Shown: positions 20,293-30,466 of the stretch, one piece after another
Numbering within the stretch: the stretch's first letter is position 1
Layout of the letters: every line of letters starts with the position of its first letter
Virus record (IMG/VR): IMGVR_UViG_3300037472_000016
Location: 31,216 to 95,215 of that record
Strand: one strand, 5' to 3'
Length of the DNA: 64,000 nt
Source of the DNA: a virus
The notes under the pieces: model-generated
Told to the model about the DNA's origin: nothing
Databases searched by the model: none
What the model saw: the letters and a program-made list of their open reading frames with translations, nothing else
Made by a program: the position numbers and the translations under genes

Positions 20293-20739
20293 ATGGCAAG
20301 ATTACCACTACCAAACAGGGCGCAGCCCCTAGACGTTAACTATATCTATCAGATTGCAAATGAGCTAAACGCTCTCTCAGAAGAGGGGTCTGCTCTTGCA
20401 CAGGGAAACAACTTCTTATTTTCTGGAAGAGACGAGCCTCCCAGGTCTTCAAAGATTTACGGAGCACAAATTTTTGCAGCAGTAAAAAAAGCAACAAAGG
20501 AAGTAGTAAACGCTTCTGAAACAGAAAGCATTACCTTTGACTTTCAGCCAGGATTTGCATATCCCCCAGTTGTACAGGCAACAATCGAAAACTCTGGAAG
20601 AACAATCACCCCTGTTGGTGCAACGGTTAATATTCAAAGTGTTTCAACTTCGTCTGCTGTCGCAGTAATAAGTTTCGCAAGGTCTGGGGCCTTCACTGCA
20701 AATATTCACCTTACGGCAATCGGTCTACCCGTTTCTTAG
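20293..20739 (+). CDS. Probable virion/minor tail protein
   Basis: Last gene of the tail module; F.PGFAYPPVVQAT lectin-like motif; TGCTATAAT 6 nt upstream. Confidence 0.5.
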   Translation: MARLPLPNRAQPLDVNYIYQIANELNALSEEGSALAQGNNFLFSGRDEPPRSSKIYGAQIFAAVKKATKEVVNASETESITFDFQPGFAYPPVVQATIENSGRTITPVGATVNIQSVSTSSAVAVISFARSGAFTANIHLTAIGLPVS

Positions 20740-20747
20740 GGGATAGC

Positions 20748-21275
20748 ATGGGCGTAAGTTTAGAAGAGTATAACTCTGAACCAGTTGTTCCGGCATGTAA
20801 AACTATTTGGTTTTTAAACGGAGACTTGGTAAGGCCAAAGCATACCAGTCGTGCATCAGGTCTAATGTCTATTTATAATATTACAAAGGACAGGATAGAG
20901 GCCTGCTTCTTGTCTGATTTTAGAAAGAATCGCAAAAGAGCATATACCGTAAAGCAAACAGCACTGCTTGTCAACAGGCACCCAAAGCACATTCCCAGAC
21001 TTATGGGCTGGGGTGAAATTCCAGAGCCAACTGGAGCACAAAAAGATGGAACGCGAGCTTGGCAGGTGCGAGCGTATTACTCAGAAGATCAAGTCTATGA
21101 AATCCGTGATATCCTGGCAACGTACAACATTGGTTGGCCAAGAAAAGATGGGCTTGTCTTCAATAACATTACCCCCACTCGCCAGGAGTTGACACGCAGA
21201 CTTGGCGACGGTATACTGACATATACACGAACAGACGATGGTCGCTTCATCCCAATCTGGGCTGAGAGCATTTAA
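20748..21275 (+). CDS. HTH DNA-binding protein (MerR-like)
   Basis: YTVKQTALLVNRHPKHI...IPEP...RAYYSEDQV pattern. Confidence 0.55.
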   Translation: MGVSLEEYNSEPVVPACKTIWFLNGDLVRPKHTSRASGLMSIYNITKDRIEACFLSDFRKNRKRAYTVKQTALLVNRHPKHIPRLMGWGEIPEPTGAQKDGTRAWQVRAYYSEDQVYEIRDILATYNIGWPRKDGLVFNNITPTRQELTRRLGDGILTYTRTDDGRFIPIWAESI

Positions 21276-21293
21276 CAGAAAAGAGAGAGAAAC

Positions 21294-21500
21294 ATGAATA
21301 ACGACAACACGCAAGTAACTGTTTCACTGGGATACACAATCAACCTGGGCAACTTTCAGTCTATCCGTCTTGATTTTTCGGTAGACGACTATGCTCGTCA
21401 GGGAGAGAACGTCAACGATGCCTTTGAACGTGTCTACAAGTTTGTAGAGTCTAAGCTAGTGGAGAAGTCAGAAGAGGCCAAGCAAGCCCTGGCAGAATAA
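21294..21500 (+). CDS. Hypothetical phage protein
   Basis: SD and coupling to the next gene; VSLGYTINLGNFQSIRLD. Confidence 0.6.
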   Translation: MNNDNTQVTVSLGYTINLGNFQSIRLDFSVDDYARQGENVNDAFERVYKFVESKLVEKSEEAKQALAE

Positions 21501-21808
21501 TGGCTGAACGCAAGGAAAGAATGACCTTGCTCAGCAGGTACTCAAAGCTGCACACCGCGCGGTACGAGGCCAAGCCAACCTATAACATCAATGTTGAGCA
21601 ATGGGCGGCAGACGGACTAGTAGAGTCATATGGTATGCCTATGTGTTATGACCTGCTAGACTACTACTTTAGTGTTGCAGAAAACCCTACGTGGAAGTAT
21701 TTTGCAAACTACGCAGAAAAGATTATTCATGCACGAGCAGAGGTTGAAAGAGACCTGCAAGAGCGATTCGAGAGAAAGAAAATGGCTGAGAGGTGGTTGA
21801 ATGAATAA
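21500..21808 (+). CDS. Hypothetical protein (possible helicase loader)
   Basis: Coupled directly upstream of the helicase. Confidence 0.5.
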   Translation: MAERKERMTLLSRYSKLHTARYEAKPTYNINVEQWAADGLVESYGMPMCYDLLDYYFSVAENPTWKYFANYAEKIIHARAEVERDLQERFERKKMAERWLNE

Positions 21809-23024
21809 CACAGAGTCAAAGCTTATGTCTGCTGTACTTGACGACAAGCAGATTTACGTTTTGCTACAGGCCAACGTGTCAAATCTCCTAAGCACTCACG
21901 GAGATATTTGGGAGTTCATTAGAAACTATTTTGAAAAGAATGGCTCTGTTCCTCCCACTGGGCTAGTCGTTGACAAGTTTAGAGATTTTGCACCAATCCA
22001 GGGTATCGGCTCAACCAAGCATCACTTAGAGGAGTTGCAGTCTGAGTACCTTACAGACAGCCTCAAGACAATTCTTCGGTCAGCGGCCTCTGAGGTTCAG
22101 GGCGGTAGCGGAACAGATGCTCTTGAAGCAATCATTTCACAGACCTCTGAGCTAAAGAAGAACACCTCTAACATCAGGGATATTGATGCTACAGACATTG
22201 AGTCTGCTGTTGCCTACTACGAGGACGTTCAGAAGAAGAATGCTCTAGGCTCTATTGGCATCAAGACCTCATTGCCAGGCTTTGACAACTACTTGCCCTC
22301 GGGCATTATGCCTGGTCAGCTTGGGGTTTTCTTGGCGTACCCCGGAATTGGAAAGTCGTGGCTCGCCCTGTATTTCGCGGTACAGGCATGGAGGCAGGGA
22401 AAGTCACCACTAATCATTAGCCTTGAAATGAGCGAGGCAGAGGTACGAAACAGAGTATACGCAATCATTGCAGAGGGACTGTTTACTCACAGACAGCTTA
22501 GTGCTGGTGAGGTAGACCTTGATGACCTACGGACATGGCATCGTAAAACAATGCAGGGTAAGCCAGAGTTCCATATCATTTCTAACGACAGTGGTGGAGA
22601 CATTACCCCATCGGTGATTCGTGGAAAGATTGACCAGTACCGCCCTGATTTTATCGTTGTTGACTACCTGCAACTCATGAGTCCTAACGGCAAGTCTGAG
22701 TCCGAAGTTGTTCGAATGAAGAACCTGTCTCGTGAACTAAAGCTTCTATCTATTGGCGAAGAGATTCCCATTCTTGCCATTTCATCAGCAACTCCTGACG
22801 ATGCCACCAAGATGGACACCGTGCCTACGCTTGGTCAAACCTCATGGTCACGACAGATTGCTTATGACGCTGATTTTGTCTTGGCTCTGGGCAGGGCATC
22901 AAACAGTGATGTACTGGAATGTGTTTTCAGAAAAAACAGAAACGGATTCATGGGTGAGTTTTTGCTCCAGGTAGACTTCAACAAAGGATTTTTTAAGTAC
23001 AAAGACTACAGAGAAGATGCGTGA
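21801..23024 (+). CDS. dnaB: DnaB-like replicative helicase
   Basis: Walker A AYPGIGKS, SLEM, VVDYLQLM, QIAYDAD, KNRNG. Confidence 0.93.
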   Translation: MNNTESKLMSAVLDDKQIYVLLQANVSNLLSTHGDIWEFIRNYFEKNGSVPPTGLVVDKFRDFAPIQGIGSTKHHLEELQSEYLTDSLKTILRSAASEVQGGSGTDALEAIISQTSELKKNTSNIRDIDATDIESAVAYYEDVQKKNALGSIGIKTSLPGFDNYLPSGIMPGQLGVFLAYPGIGKSWLALYFAVQAWRQGKSPLIISLEMSEAEVRNRVYAIIAEGLFTHRQLSAGEVDLDDLRTWHRKTMQGKPEFHIISNDSGGDITPSVIRGKIDQYRPDFIVVDYLQLMSPNGKSESEVVRMKNLSRELKLLSIGEEIPILAISSATPDDATKMDTVPTLGQTSWSRQIAYDADFVLALGRASNSDVLECVFRKNRNGFMGEFLLQVDFNKGFFKYKDYREDA

Positions 23025-23064
23025 TATACTTGCATAAGCAAATAACAAACAAAGACAAAACACA

Positions 23065-23409
23065 GTGCAGAGCATCCACCATAAGCCGATTAAGATGTTC
23101 AACCTTGCTGGAACGATAGCTAGCGATTCAGCTTTATGGAGGCTCAAGGAAGAGTTTGTTAGGCTTTTACAAATAGATATGCGTTCTGCTGGATACGTTC
23201 CTCGACTAGACATTCCAACAGACTTTACAATAGACTACAACCACGAGAAAGAATATTTTGAATTCTCATTGTCGATTCATGGAATATACCTAGGAAAGAG
23301 AAGAAGCGAATGGATAGCAGGGGTAGACGAGACTCGAATAATTCATATTCAGAAGAGCAAATCAAAAGAGTCCTCACAGGAATCGGAACCTCAATTGAGG
23401 GAGAAGTAG
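23065..23409 (+). CDS. Hypothetical protein
   Basis: ORF between helicase and primase, preceded by TGATATACT. Confidence 0.55.
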   Translation: MQSIHHKPIKMFNLAGTIASDSALWRLKEEFVRLLQIDMRSAGYVPRLDIPTDFTIDYNHEKEYFEFSLSIHGIYLGKRRSEWIAGVDETRIIHIQKSKSKESSQESEPQLREK

Positions 23410-24254
23410 ACTCCGACTTTCTGATCTTCTGCCCCTTCCATGGCAACTTTAGAACTCCTGCCGGAGAGATAGACAAAAGAACTGGAATCTTCTACTGCTT
23501 CTCCTGTCACAAGGTGGTAGAGCTAGAAGACTACGTTATGCACGTTTCGAACAGAACATACTTTGAAGCCGCACGGTATGTAAAGACTCGGGAACAAAGC
23601 ACAACCATTGAGCAAGACATTGTTCGTCAGCTAGAAGAAAAGCCAATGTATGTTCAGTTTGACGATGTTCTTGTCAAAAGACTAAGCACGCAAGCCATGT
23701 CTTCACCCAGAGCAATGCGGTACTACAGAGGTCGATCAATCACAGAAGACTCCATTAAAAAGTTTTCTCTTGGCTATTCCGAGAAAATGGACATGGTTAC
23801 TATACCTGTAGCGGCACCAGACGGAATGACCGTGGGCTTTGTTGGACGCTCCGTTGAGGGTAAAGAGTTTAAGAACACTCCCAAGCTGCCAAAGAGCAAG
23901 GTGTTGTTCAATTTGCACAGGGTAAAAGCATCGCGCCAGGTCTATGTGGTAGAGTCGTCTTTTGATGCCATTAGGTTAGACCAGGTAGGAATGCCAGCGG
24001 TAGCAACCTTGGGCGCAAACGTTTCAAACATTCAAACAGGCTTGCTTCAAAAATACTTTAACGACATTATTGTTGTTGCAGATAATGATGAAGCTGGAGG
24101 AAACATGAAGGACAGGCTTATCGAAAGGCTTGGCTCTCGTGTCTCTGTCGTCCAACTGGACAAACAGTACAAAGATATTGGCGATATGTCAGACGAGGCA
24201 ATTGAGGAGATAAACTTCACATTTGACAAGTCCATTATGGCCATGTTACAATAA
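23310..24254 (+). CDS. dnaG: DNA primase (Zn finger + TOPRIM)
   Basis: CPFH...CFSC, VVESSFDA, ADNDEAG, KDIGD. Confidence 0.9.
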   Translation: MDSRGRRDSNNSYSEEQIKRVLTGIGTSIEGEVDSDFLIFCPFHGNFRTPAGEIDKRTGIFYCFSCHKVVELEDYVMHVSNRTYFEAARYVKTREQSTTIEQDIVRQLEEKPMYVQFDDVLVKRLSTQAMSSPRAMRYYRGRSITEDSIKKFSLGYSEKMDMVTIPVAAPDGMTVGFVGRSVEGKEFKNTPKLPKSKVLFNLHRVKASRQVYVVESSFDAIRLDQVGMPAVATLGANVSNIQTGLLQKYFNDIIVVADNDEAGGNMKDRLIERLGSRVSVVQLDKQYKDIGDMSDEAIEEINFTFDKSIMAMLQ

Positions 24255-24281
24255 ATAACAACCAAAGGAGAAACAAAAACT

Positions 24282-24944
24282 ATGAGCGTAATCAAGGGAC
24301 TAAAGAATATCAATGCCCTGCTTAATGAGCAAAAGTATGACGGTGGCTCAAAGGTTCGTTGGGTCAAGCTGGCTGACGGCCAGGCTGTCAAGATTCGTTT
24401 TGTTGAAGAGCTTGACGAAGATTCTGCCCACTACAATGAAGAGCGTGGTTTAGCCCTTGTTGTTAAGGAGCACCAGAACCCAAAGGATTACAGGCGCAAG
24501 GCTGTAGACACCATGGACGACGAGGGTCGTGATTGGGCAGAGGAAATGTACCGAAAAGACCCCAAGGGTAACTCAGGATGGAAAGCTCGCAAGCGCTTCT
24601 ACTGCAACCTCTTGGTGGACGACGGCACAGAGGCCCCATATGTCGCGGTATGGTCAATGGGTGTCAGCAAGCAGTCCTCTGTCAATACTCTTATTGAGTA
24701 TGCAATGGACACTGGTAGCGTGTCAAACCTTGTCTGGAAGCTAAAGCGTAACGGCGTAGGCACAGAGACAAGCTACATGCTTCTTCCAGGTGCTCCTGAC
24801 TCGGAGCCTTTTGCATGGGGAGACACAAAGCCTCACGCTCTAGAAAAGGCTATCAACCAGATTCCTTATGCTGAGCAGGAGTCTTTCTACCTTGGCTTTG
24901 ATGGTCCATCAGAGGCTTCCACTTCTGCAACCGCAGAGTGGTAA
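24282..24944 (+). CDS. Single-stranded DNA-binding protein (gp32-like)
   Basis: VKLADGQAVKIRF...WKLKRNG.GTETSY with an acidic C-terminal tail; strong SD; replication module. Confidence 0.7.
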   Translation: MSVIKGLKNINALLNEQKYDGGSKVRWVKLADGQAVKIRFVEELDEDSAHYNEERGLALVVKEHQNPKDYRRKAVDTMDDEGRDWAEEMYRKDPKGNSGWKARKRFYCNLLVDDGTEAPYVAVWSMGVSKQSSVNTLIEYAMDTGSVSNLVWKLKRNGVGTETSYMLLPGAPDSEPFAWGDTKPHALEKAINQIPYAEQESFYLGFDGPSEASTSATAEW

Positions 24945-24954
24945 GATAGTTCTC

Positions 24955-24997
24955 GTGGGGTTCACCTTGTCTTTCTAAAAGTCAGGGTGGACCCTAC
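24955..24997 (+). promoter_or_regulatory. Long hairpin between ssb and dnaE
   Basis: GTGGGGTTCACCTTG pairs with CAGGGTGGACCCTAC (15 bp including G-U); no U-tract. Confidence 0.55.
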
Positions 24998-25035
24998 ACC
25001 AGTTTCTGCACACAAACGAGAGAGAGATTATTTTT

Positions 25036-28000
25036 TTGACTAGTTACGTACCACTACACGTTCACTCCGATTTCAGCCTATTTGATGGTATTGCAAAGCC
25101 CCAAGAGTATGTAGACCGAGCCGTATCTCTGGGCATGAGCGCAATCGCTCTAACCGATCACGGCACCTTGTCTGGTCACAGGCAGATGTACCGTGCTGCA
25201 AAAGAGGCAGGCATCAAGCCCATCTTGGGAATTGAGGGGTATATTACCAAAGACCGACTTGAGCACACAGACAAGAAGGCGCTTAACGACCCTCTTGACC
25301 TAAACTACAACCACTTGATTATTCTGGCAAAGGATGCCAAGGGTCTAGAGAATGTCAACAAGCTAAACGAGTTGGCATGGACAGAAGGCTTTTACCGGAA
25401 GCCCAGGATTGACTGGAAGATTCTGGAGAAGTTCAAAGAGGGCTTAATCATTACCTCTGGATGCCTCAGCGGAGTGTTGGCAAAAGCCATTGAGTCAGAT
25501 AACCTTGCATATGCTAAGGACCATATTCTCTGGGCCAAGAAGGTATTCGGAGATGACTACTACATCGAGGTCATGCCTCACAACCCAGCAGAGATTAACC
25601 ACATTCTTCTGGAGCTTGCCGATGAGTTTAAGATCAAGGCTGTCGTTACTCCAGACTGCCACCACTCAGGGCCAGAGCAAAAAGAAATCCAGGAGCTAAA
25701 GCTAATCCTGAACTCTTTCAGCAACAAGGTTATTCGTGGAACAACGTATGAAGAGTCTGCAAAGATTGACGACATGATGAAGCGTCTGGACTACCTCTAC
25801 GGTGAGGACCGTCAAATGACCTTTAACAAGTTTGACATTCACTTGTTGTCAGACGAAGAGATGCACATTGCTATGAAAGCGCAGGGTATTGATCGAGAAG
25901 ACATTTACCAAAATACCCTAGAGATTGCCGACAAGATTCAAGACTATAACATCAAAGATAACCTTGACCTTCTTCCAGCACAGTACCCCAAGCCCAATGA
26001 AGAACTTCGAAGCCTGTCTTTGGAGGGACTTAAGGCTCTAGGGTTCGAGGGCAACGAAGAGTATCTTGCAAGGCTTGAGGAAGAGCTACAGGTCATCTCA
26101 GACAAGAACTTTGCTCCGTACTTTTTGGTAGTAAGAAACATGATTGTTTGGGCCAAGAAAGAGGGAATCCTTGTAGGGCCAGGCCGAGGTTCAGCCGCAG
26201 GCTCGCTCCTTTGCTATGCTCTGGGGATTACAGACATTGACCCCATCAAGCATGGACTGCTCTTCTTTCGGTTCATCAACCCAGACAGAAACGACTTCCC
26301 CGATATCGATACTGATATCCAGGACTCTCGTCGTGACGAGGTAAAAGACTACCTGGTTCGCCAGTACCGCCACGTTGCATCAATTGCCACCTTTATGCAA
26401 TTCAAGGGTAAGGGAATGATTAAGGACATTTCTCGTGTTCTTAATATCCCTCTTGCAGACGTAAACAAGGTTAACAAGACGATTGATACCTGGGAAGACT
26501 TCTGCTACTCCAAGCAGACAGAGTGGTTCAGGGACAAGTATCCAGAGATAGAGAAGTATGGAGAGCTTCTGCGCGGTAGGATTCGCGGTACAGGAATCCA
26601 TGCGGCAGGAATTGTTACCTCTCGTGAGCCTATCTTCAAGATTGCTCCTCTAGAGACTCGTACAGACCCAAAGACCAAGCAGAGAATTCCTGTTGTTGGT
26701 GTTGACATGGAAGAGGCTGAGAGAATTGGCCTCATCAAGCTTGATGCTCTTGGTCTTAAGACTCTGACTGTCATTGATGATGCAATCAAGATCATCGCAG
26801 AGCGTCATGGAGAGAAGATTGTTCTTCTTGATATCGACATGCACGACAAGAGGGTTTACGAAATGCTTTCTTTCGGACACACTAAGGGAGTCTTCCAGTG
26901 TGAGGCCGCTCCCTACACGAACCTACTAGTCAAGATGGGTGTCAAGGATTTCAACGAACTTGCAGCATCTAACGCTCTGGTTCGACCAGGAGCTATGAAC
27001 ACAATCGGAAAAGACTACATTGCTCGCAAGCACGGGAAGCAGAAGATTTCATTCAGCCACACTGTGCTAAAAGAGTTTACGTCTGATACCTATGGTTGTA
27101 TTCTGTACCAGGAGCAGGTCATGCAGGCCTGTGTCCAACTTGGTGGAATGAGCATGGTAGAGGCTGACAAGGTTCGCAAGATTATTGGCAAGAAGAAAGA
27201 TGCCAAGGAGTTTGACGAGTTCCAGGATAAGTTTGTTGCCGGTGCCACACAGTTTATTGGTAAGACTGCTGCTGAGGATATGTGGCATGACTTTGAGGCT
27301 CACGCAGGGTACTCATTCAACAAGTCACACGCTGTAGCATACTCAACCCTTTCCTATTGGACTGCATGGCTCAAGTTCTACTACCCAATTGAGTTCATGT
27401 TCTCAATCCTAAAGAACGAGAAAGACAAGGATGACAGGACCGAGTATCTTATTGAGGCAAAGCGTATGGGCATTCCTGTTCGACTTCCCCATGTCAATGA
27501 GTCAGACCTTGACTTTAAGATTGAGGGCAAGGGGATTCGATTCGGTCTTACTGGAATCAAGTACATATCTGACAACATTGCGTCTAAGTACATTGCTCAG
27601 CGCCCCTTTGCATCTTACAAAGAGCTTGAGGAGTTTACCTTCACCAAGGGCAGTGGGACAAACAGTCGTGCGCTGGCATCGATGAAGTTAATCGGTGGTG
27701 CTACGTTTGATGACAATCCTCGTAATGATTTTGAGATTAAAGAGAACCTTTACGAGTACTTGGGGTTGCCAGAGTTTAACCTCTCTGTTCCTCCCCACTA
27801 CCATGCCTTCATTAGCCCTGTAGAGGACTATGAGGAGAAGGGAGCCTTTATCCTCATGGGCATGGTGAAAGAGGTTAAGAGGGGCAAGGGTTGGACTAGG
27901 ATAGAGCTTCTAGACAAGACTGGCTCGACTGGTATTTTTGATATCGAGGGTAGCACCATTGAGCCTGGAAAGACTTACATGATTCTTGCCAGTGACAATC

Positions 28001-28329
28001 GTGTAATGGAAGCCATTCCATCGGAAGATATCAAGGCGTCGAAGTCTAATCTAATTAAAATGCTTAACTACAAGCAGTTGCCATTCTCTGGTGAAGAACT
28101 CTTTGTGGTAGCCTTTAATGTCAGAGTGACAAAGACAACTGGTAAAAAAATGGCTAACCTCGTGGTTGCAGATACCTCTAGAGACCTAAAGTCTATAGTC
28201 GTGTTCCCCATGCAATTTGCGAAGGCATATATGAAAATTGAAGAGGGCAAGGCCTATAACCTTGAACTTGGACAAGCAAAAGACGGAACAATAACACTAG
28301 CCAACATCTTGGAGGATGCGAATGTTTGA
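25036..28329 (+). CDS. dnaE: DNA polymerase III alpha subunit
   Basis: PHP motifs LHVHSDFSLFDG and TDHG; GPGRGSAAGS; PDIDTD; GIHAAG; YSFNKSHAVAY. Confidence 0.97.
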   Translation: MTSYVPLHVHSDFSLFDGIAKPQEYVDRAVSLGMSAIALTDHGTLSGHRQMYRAAKEAGIKPILGIEGYITKDRLEHTDKKALNDPLDLNYNHLIILAKDAKGLENVNKLNELAWTEGFYRKPRIDWKILEKFKEGLIITSGCLSGVLAKAIESDNLAYAKDHILWAKKVFGDDYYIEVMPHNPAEINHILLELADEFKIKAVVTPDCHHSGPEQKEIQELKLILNSFSNKVIRGTTYEESAKIDDMMKRLDYLYGEDRQMTFNKFDIHLLSDEEMHIAMKAQGIDREDIYQNTLEIADKIQDYNIKDNLDLLPAQYPKPNEELRSLSLEGLKALGFEGNEEYLARLEEELQVISDKNFAPYFLVVRNMIVWAKKEGILVGPGRGSAAGSLLCYALGITDIDPIKHGLLFFRFINPDRNDFPDIDTDIQDSRRDEVKDYLVRQYRHVASIATFMQFKGKGMIKDISRVLNIPLADVNKVNKTIDTWEDFCYSKQTEWFRDKYPEIEKYGELLRGRIRGTGIHAAGIVTSREPIFKIAPLETRTDPKTKQRIPVVGVDMEEAERIGLIKLDALGLKTLTVIDDAIKIIAERHGEKIVLLDIDMHDKRVYEMLSFGHTKGVFQCEAAPYTNLLVKMGVKDFNELAASNALVRPGAMNTIGKDYIARKHGKQKISFSHTVLKEFTSDTYGCILYQEQVMQACVQLGGMSMVEADKVRKIIGKKKDAKEFDEFQDKFVAGATQFIGKTAAEDMWHDFEAHAGYSFNKSHAVAYSTLSYWTAWLKFYYPIEFMFSILKNEKDKDDRTEYLIEAKRMGIPVRLPHVNESDLDFKIEGKGIRFGLTGIKYISDNIASKYIAQRPFASYKELEEFTFTKGSGTNSRALASMKLIGGATFDDNPRNDFEIKENLYEYLGLPEFNLSVPPHYHAFISPVEDYEEKGAFILMGMVKEVKRGKGWTRIELLDKTGSTGIFDIEGSTIEPGKTYMILASDNRVMEAIPSEDIKASKSNLIKMLNYKQLPFSGEELFVVAFNVRVTKTTGKKMANLVVADTSRDLKSIVVFPMQFAKAYMKIEEGKAYNLELGQAKDGTITLANILEDANV

Positions 28330-28639
28330 AGAATTATCTAACGAAATTCATAGAAATGCGGTAGACAAGGGCTTCTGGCCTGAGAAGGTTGACGATATCT
28401 TCATCACCAAGCAGTTGATGATGATTGTCTCAGAAGCGGTAGAGGTCATGGAGGCTATTCGTAAGAGCCAGGGCAAGAGGGCTGTAGCAGACGAAATGGC
28501 AGACATTATCATCCGTACCTTGGACCTGCACGCAGGACTCCTAGAGCATGGCTATACAGACACCTCGCTGGCAGAAGCAGTCATGCACAAAGCGGCTGTC
28601 AATGTAAAGCGACCAGCACTGCATGGGGTCAAGTTCTAG
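28322..28639 (+). CDS. MazG-like nucleotide pyrophosphohydrolase
   Basis: SEAVEVMEAIRK...DEMADIIIR. Confidence 0.8.
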   Translation: MFEELSNEIHRNAVDKGFWPEKVDDIFITKQLMMIVSEAVEVMEAIRKSQGKRAVADEMADIIIRTLDLHAGLLEHGYTDTSLAEAVMHKAAVNVKRPALHGVKF

Positions 28640-29652
28640 TGGCTGTTACGGCGGCAGAGGTATTGGCCCAACTAAACCCAAAGCTTAAGAAGCTAATCAC
28701 CACAGGAGACTCTGTAGAGGCCACAGAGTACCAAAAGACACCAAGCTTTGGCTTGAATCGTGCTCTAGGTGGGGGCCTTCCCTATGGTCGGCAGGTTCTC
28801 ATCTGGGGAAACAAGTCAGCGGGCAAGTCTTCGTTCTGTTTGCAGATGGTTGCAGACGCTCAGAAGGAAGGCAAGCTTTGCGCCTGGATTGATTCGGAAA
28901 TGTCTTTTGACGCTGAGTGGGCAAACCGTTTAGGGGTGGACGCTTCTGACCTCATCTATTCACAAGCCAGGACAATCAACGACATGGTAGACATTGGTGC
29001 CCACCTAATGGAAGCGGGAGTAGATTTGGTTGTTGTTGACTCAATCTCCGCTCTATTGCCAGCTATCTATTTTGAGAAAGATTCTGCTGACCTTAAGCAG
29101 CTTGAGAACACCAAGCAGATCGGTGCTGAGTCGAGAGACTTCTCGAATGCCTGGAAGATGCTTAATTATGCAAACAACAAGAACAGCAAGACCTTGTTCG
29201 TAATCATTAGTCAAGCAAGAAACCAGATCAACGCCATGTACACTATGGCGGCACCGATGGGCGGTAACGCAACAAAGTTTTACTCTTCAACAATCGTAAA
29301 GCTATTCTCTTCTGAGTCAGACAACCAGGCCATTAAGGGAAAGGTTGCCGTAGGAGACAAGCTGATTGAGCACAAGGTGGGTAGAAAAGTTAATTGGGAT
29401 GTTCAGTTCTCCAAGACCTCTCCGGGCTTCCAGAACGGCTCCTATGACTTCTATTTCCGTGGGGACAAGATTGGTGTAGACACCGTTGGTGACCTTGTGG
29501 ACACGGCAGAGCTTGCTGGACTGGTTAATCGAACTGGTGCTTGGTACCAGCTTGAGGACGGCACAAAGGTCCAGGGTAGAGATGGATTCGTAAAGCGAGT
29601 AAGTGAAGACAAAGAGCTATACAACTCACTAATGGAGCAACTAAATGGCTAA
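28639..29652 (+). CDS. recA: RecA/UvsX-like recombinase
   Basis: GGGLPYGR...GNKSAGKS, VVVDSI, GGNATKFYSS, GAWY. Confidence 0.9.
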   Translation: MAVTAAEVLAQLNPKLKKLITTGDSVEATEYQKTPSFGLNRALGGGLPYGRQVLIWGNKSAGKSSFCLQMVADAQKEGKLCAWIDSEMSFDAEWANRLGVDASDLIYSQARTINDMVDIGAHLMEAGVDLVVVDSISALLPAIYFEKDSADLKQLENTKQIGAESRDFSNAWKMLNYANNKNSKTLFVIISQARNQINAMYTMAAPMGGNATKFYSSTIVKLFSSESDNQAIKGKVAVGDKLIEHKVGRKVNWDVQFSKTSPGFQNGSYDFYFRGDKIGVDTVGDLVDTAELAGLVNRTGAWYQLEDGTKVQGRDGFVKRVSEDKELYNSLMEQLNG

Positions 29653-29815
29653 GTACACGGTATACCAGGGCGACCTAAAGTGCAGCAAGTGCCCAATGGA
29701 CGTAAGGTCTTTTAGGCACTATCCCAATGCAGCAACACTTAGCTGGGCCTGTCCTGATAAGCATGTAACAGAGGTAAGCCTTAAGACAAGAAAGAATCGT
29801 GAGGACTTTGACTGA
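29645..29815 (+). CDS. Small Zn-ribbon protein (56 aa, not in the ORF track)
   Basis: MAKYTVYQGDLKCSKC...WACPDKH; overlaps both neighbours. Confidence 0.6.
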   Translation: MAKYTVYQGDLKCSKCPMDVRSFRHYPNAATLSWACPDKHVTEVSLKTRKNREDFD

Positions 29816-30113
29816 GCGAGGAGAGGCCAACAGGATAGGGGCCAAGTTACAGAAAAACAGTGGCCGTGGCAAGATTCAAAAGGGCGATGCCCGTTGGCAC
29901 AACTTCATTGTAGACTTCAAGGAGTTTGGTAAAAGCTTTTCCTTGAGCAAGGATGTTTGGGCAAAGGCATCAACGGATGCCATGCGCCAGCAGTCAGACC
30001 CCATGATTATTGTCGTCTTGGGTTCACCCGATGAATCAAAGACTAGGTTAGCAGTTGTAGAGTTGGCTCTGCTAGAACAGATGTTAGATGAGTTACAAGA
30101 TACTAAGACATGA
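29808..30113 (+). CDS. Holliday-junction resolvase-like PD-(D/E)XK nuclease
   Basis: E...NSGRG..KGD.....VDFKE. Confidence 0.65.
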   Translation: MTERGEANRIGAKLQKNSGRGKIQKGDARWHNFIVDFKEFGKSFSLSKDVWAKASTDAMRQQSDPMIIVVLGSPDESKTRLAVVELALLEQMLDELQDTKT

Positions 30114-30144
30114 GAGACCCTAGGATTGGTGTATAATTATTAAT

Positions 30145-30459
30145 ATGCAAGAAAACACAGATGGTCAGACTACTATCGACATGGTAAATGGTCTAGCAGA
30201 TATTGCGGATTACATGAATGATAAAGAGCTTACCGATGCTCTAGTCATGATATCTAAACTAATTATAAAGCCAGATATCCCTCTAAACATAGCGACGATT
30301 GAAATTGTGAGACTACAAGCGATTGCAGCAAAAATGTCATTTAGGGCTACCTGGTTAACTAACGTCGATAAGACAGATAGGGCACGCAAGAATATATATT
30401 ACACTGCTGCTGAGAGCATCAACAACTTAGTTTCAGCACTAAAGTATATTCTTCGCTAG
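30145..30459 (+). CDS. Hypothetical protein
   Basis: TATAAT 7 nt upstream of the ATG. Confidence 0.6.
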   Translation: MQENTDGQTTIDMVNGLADIADYMNDKELTDALVMISKLIIKPDIPLNIATIEIVRLQAIAAKMSFRATWLTNVDKTDRARKNIYYTAAESINNLVSALKYILR

Positions 30460-30466
30460 GAAAATT

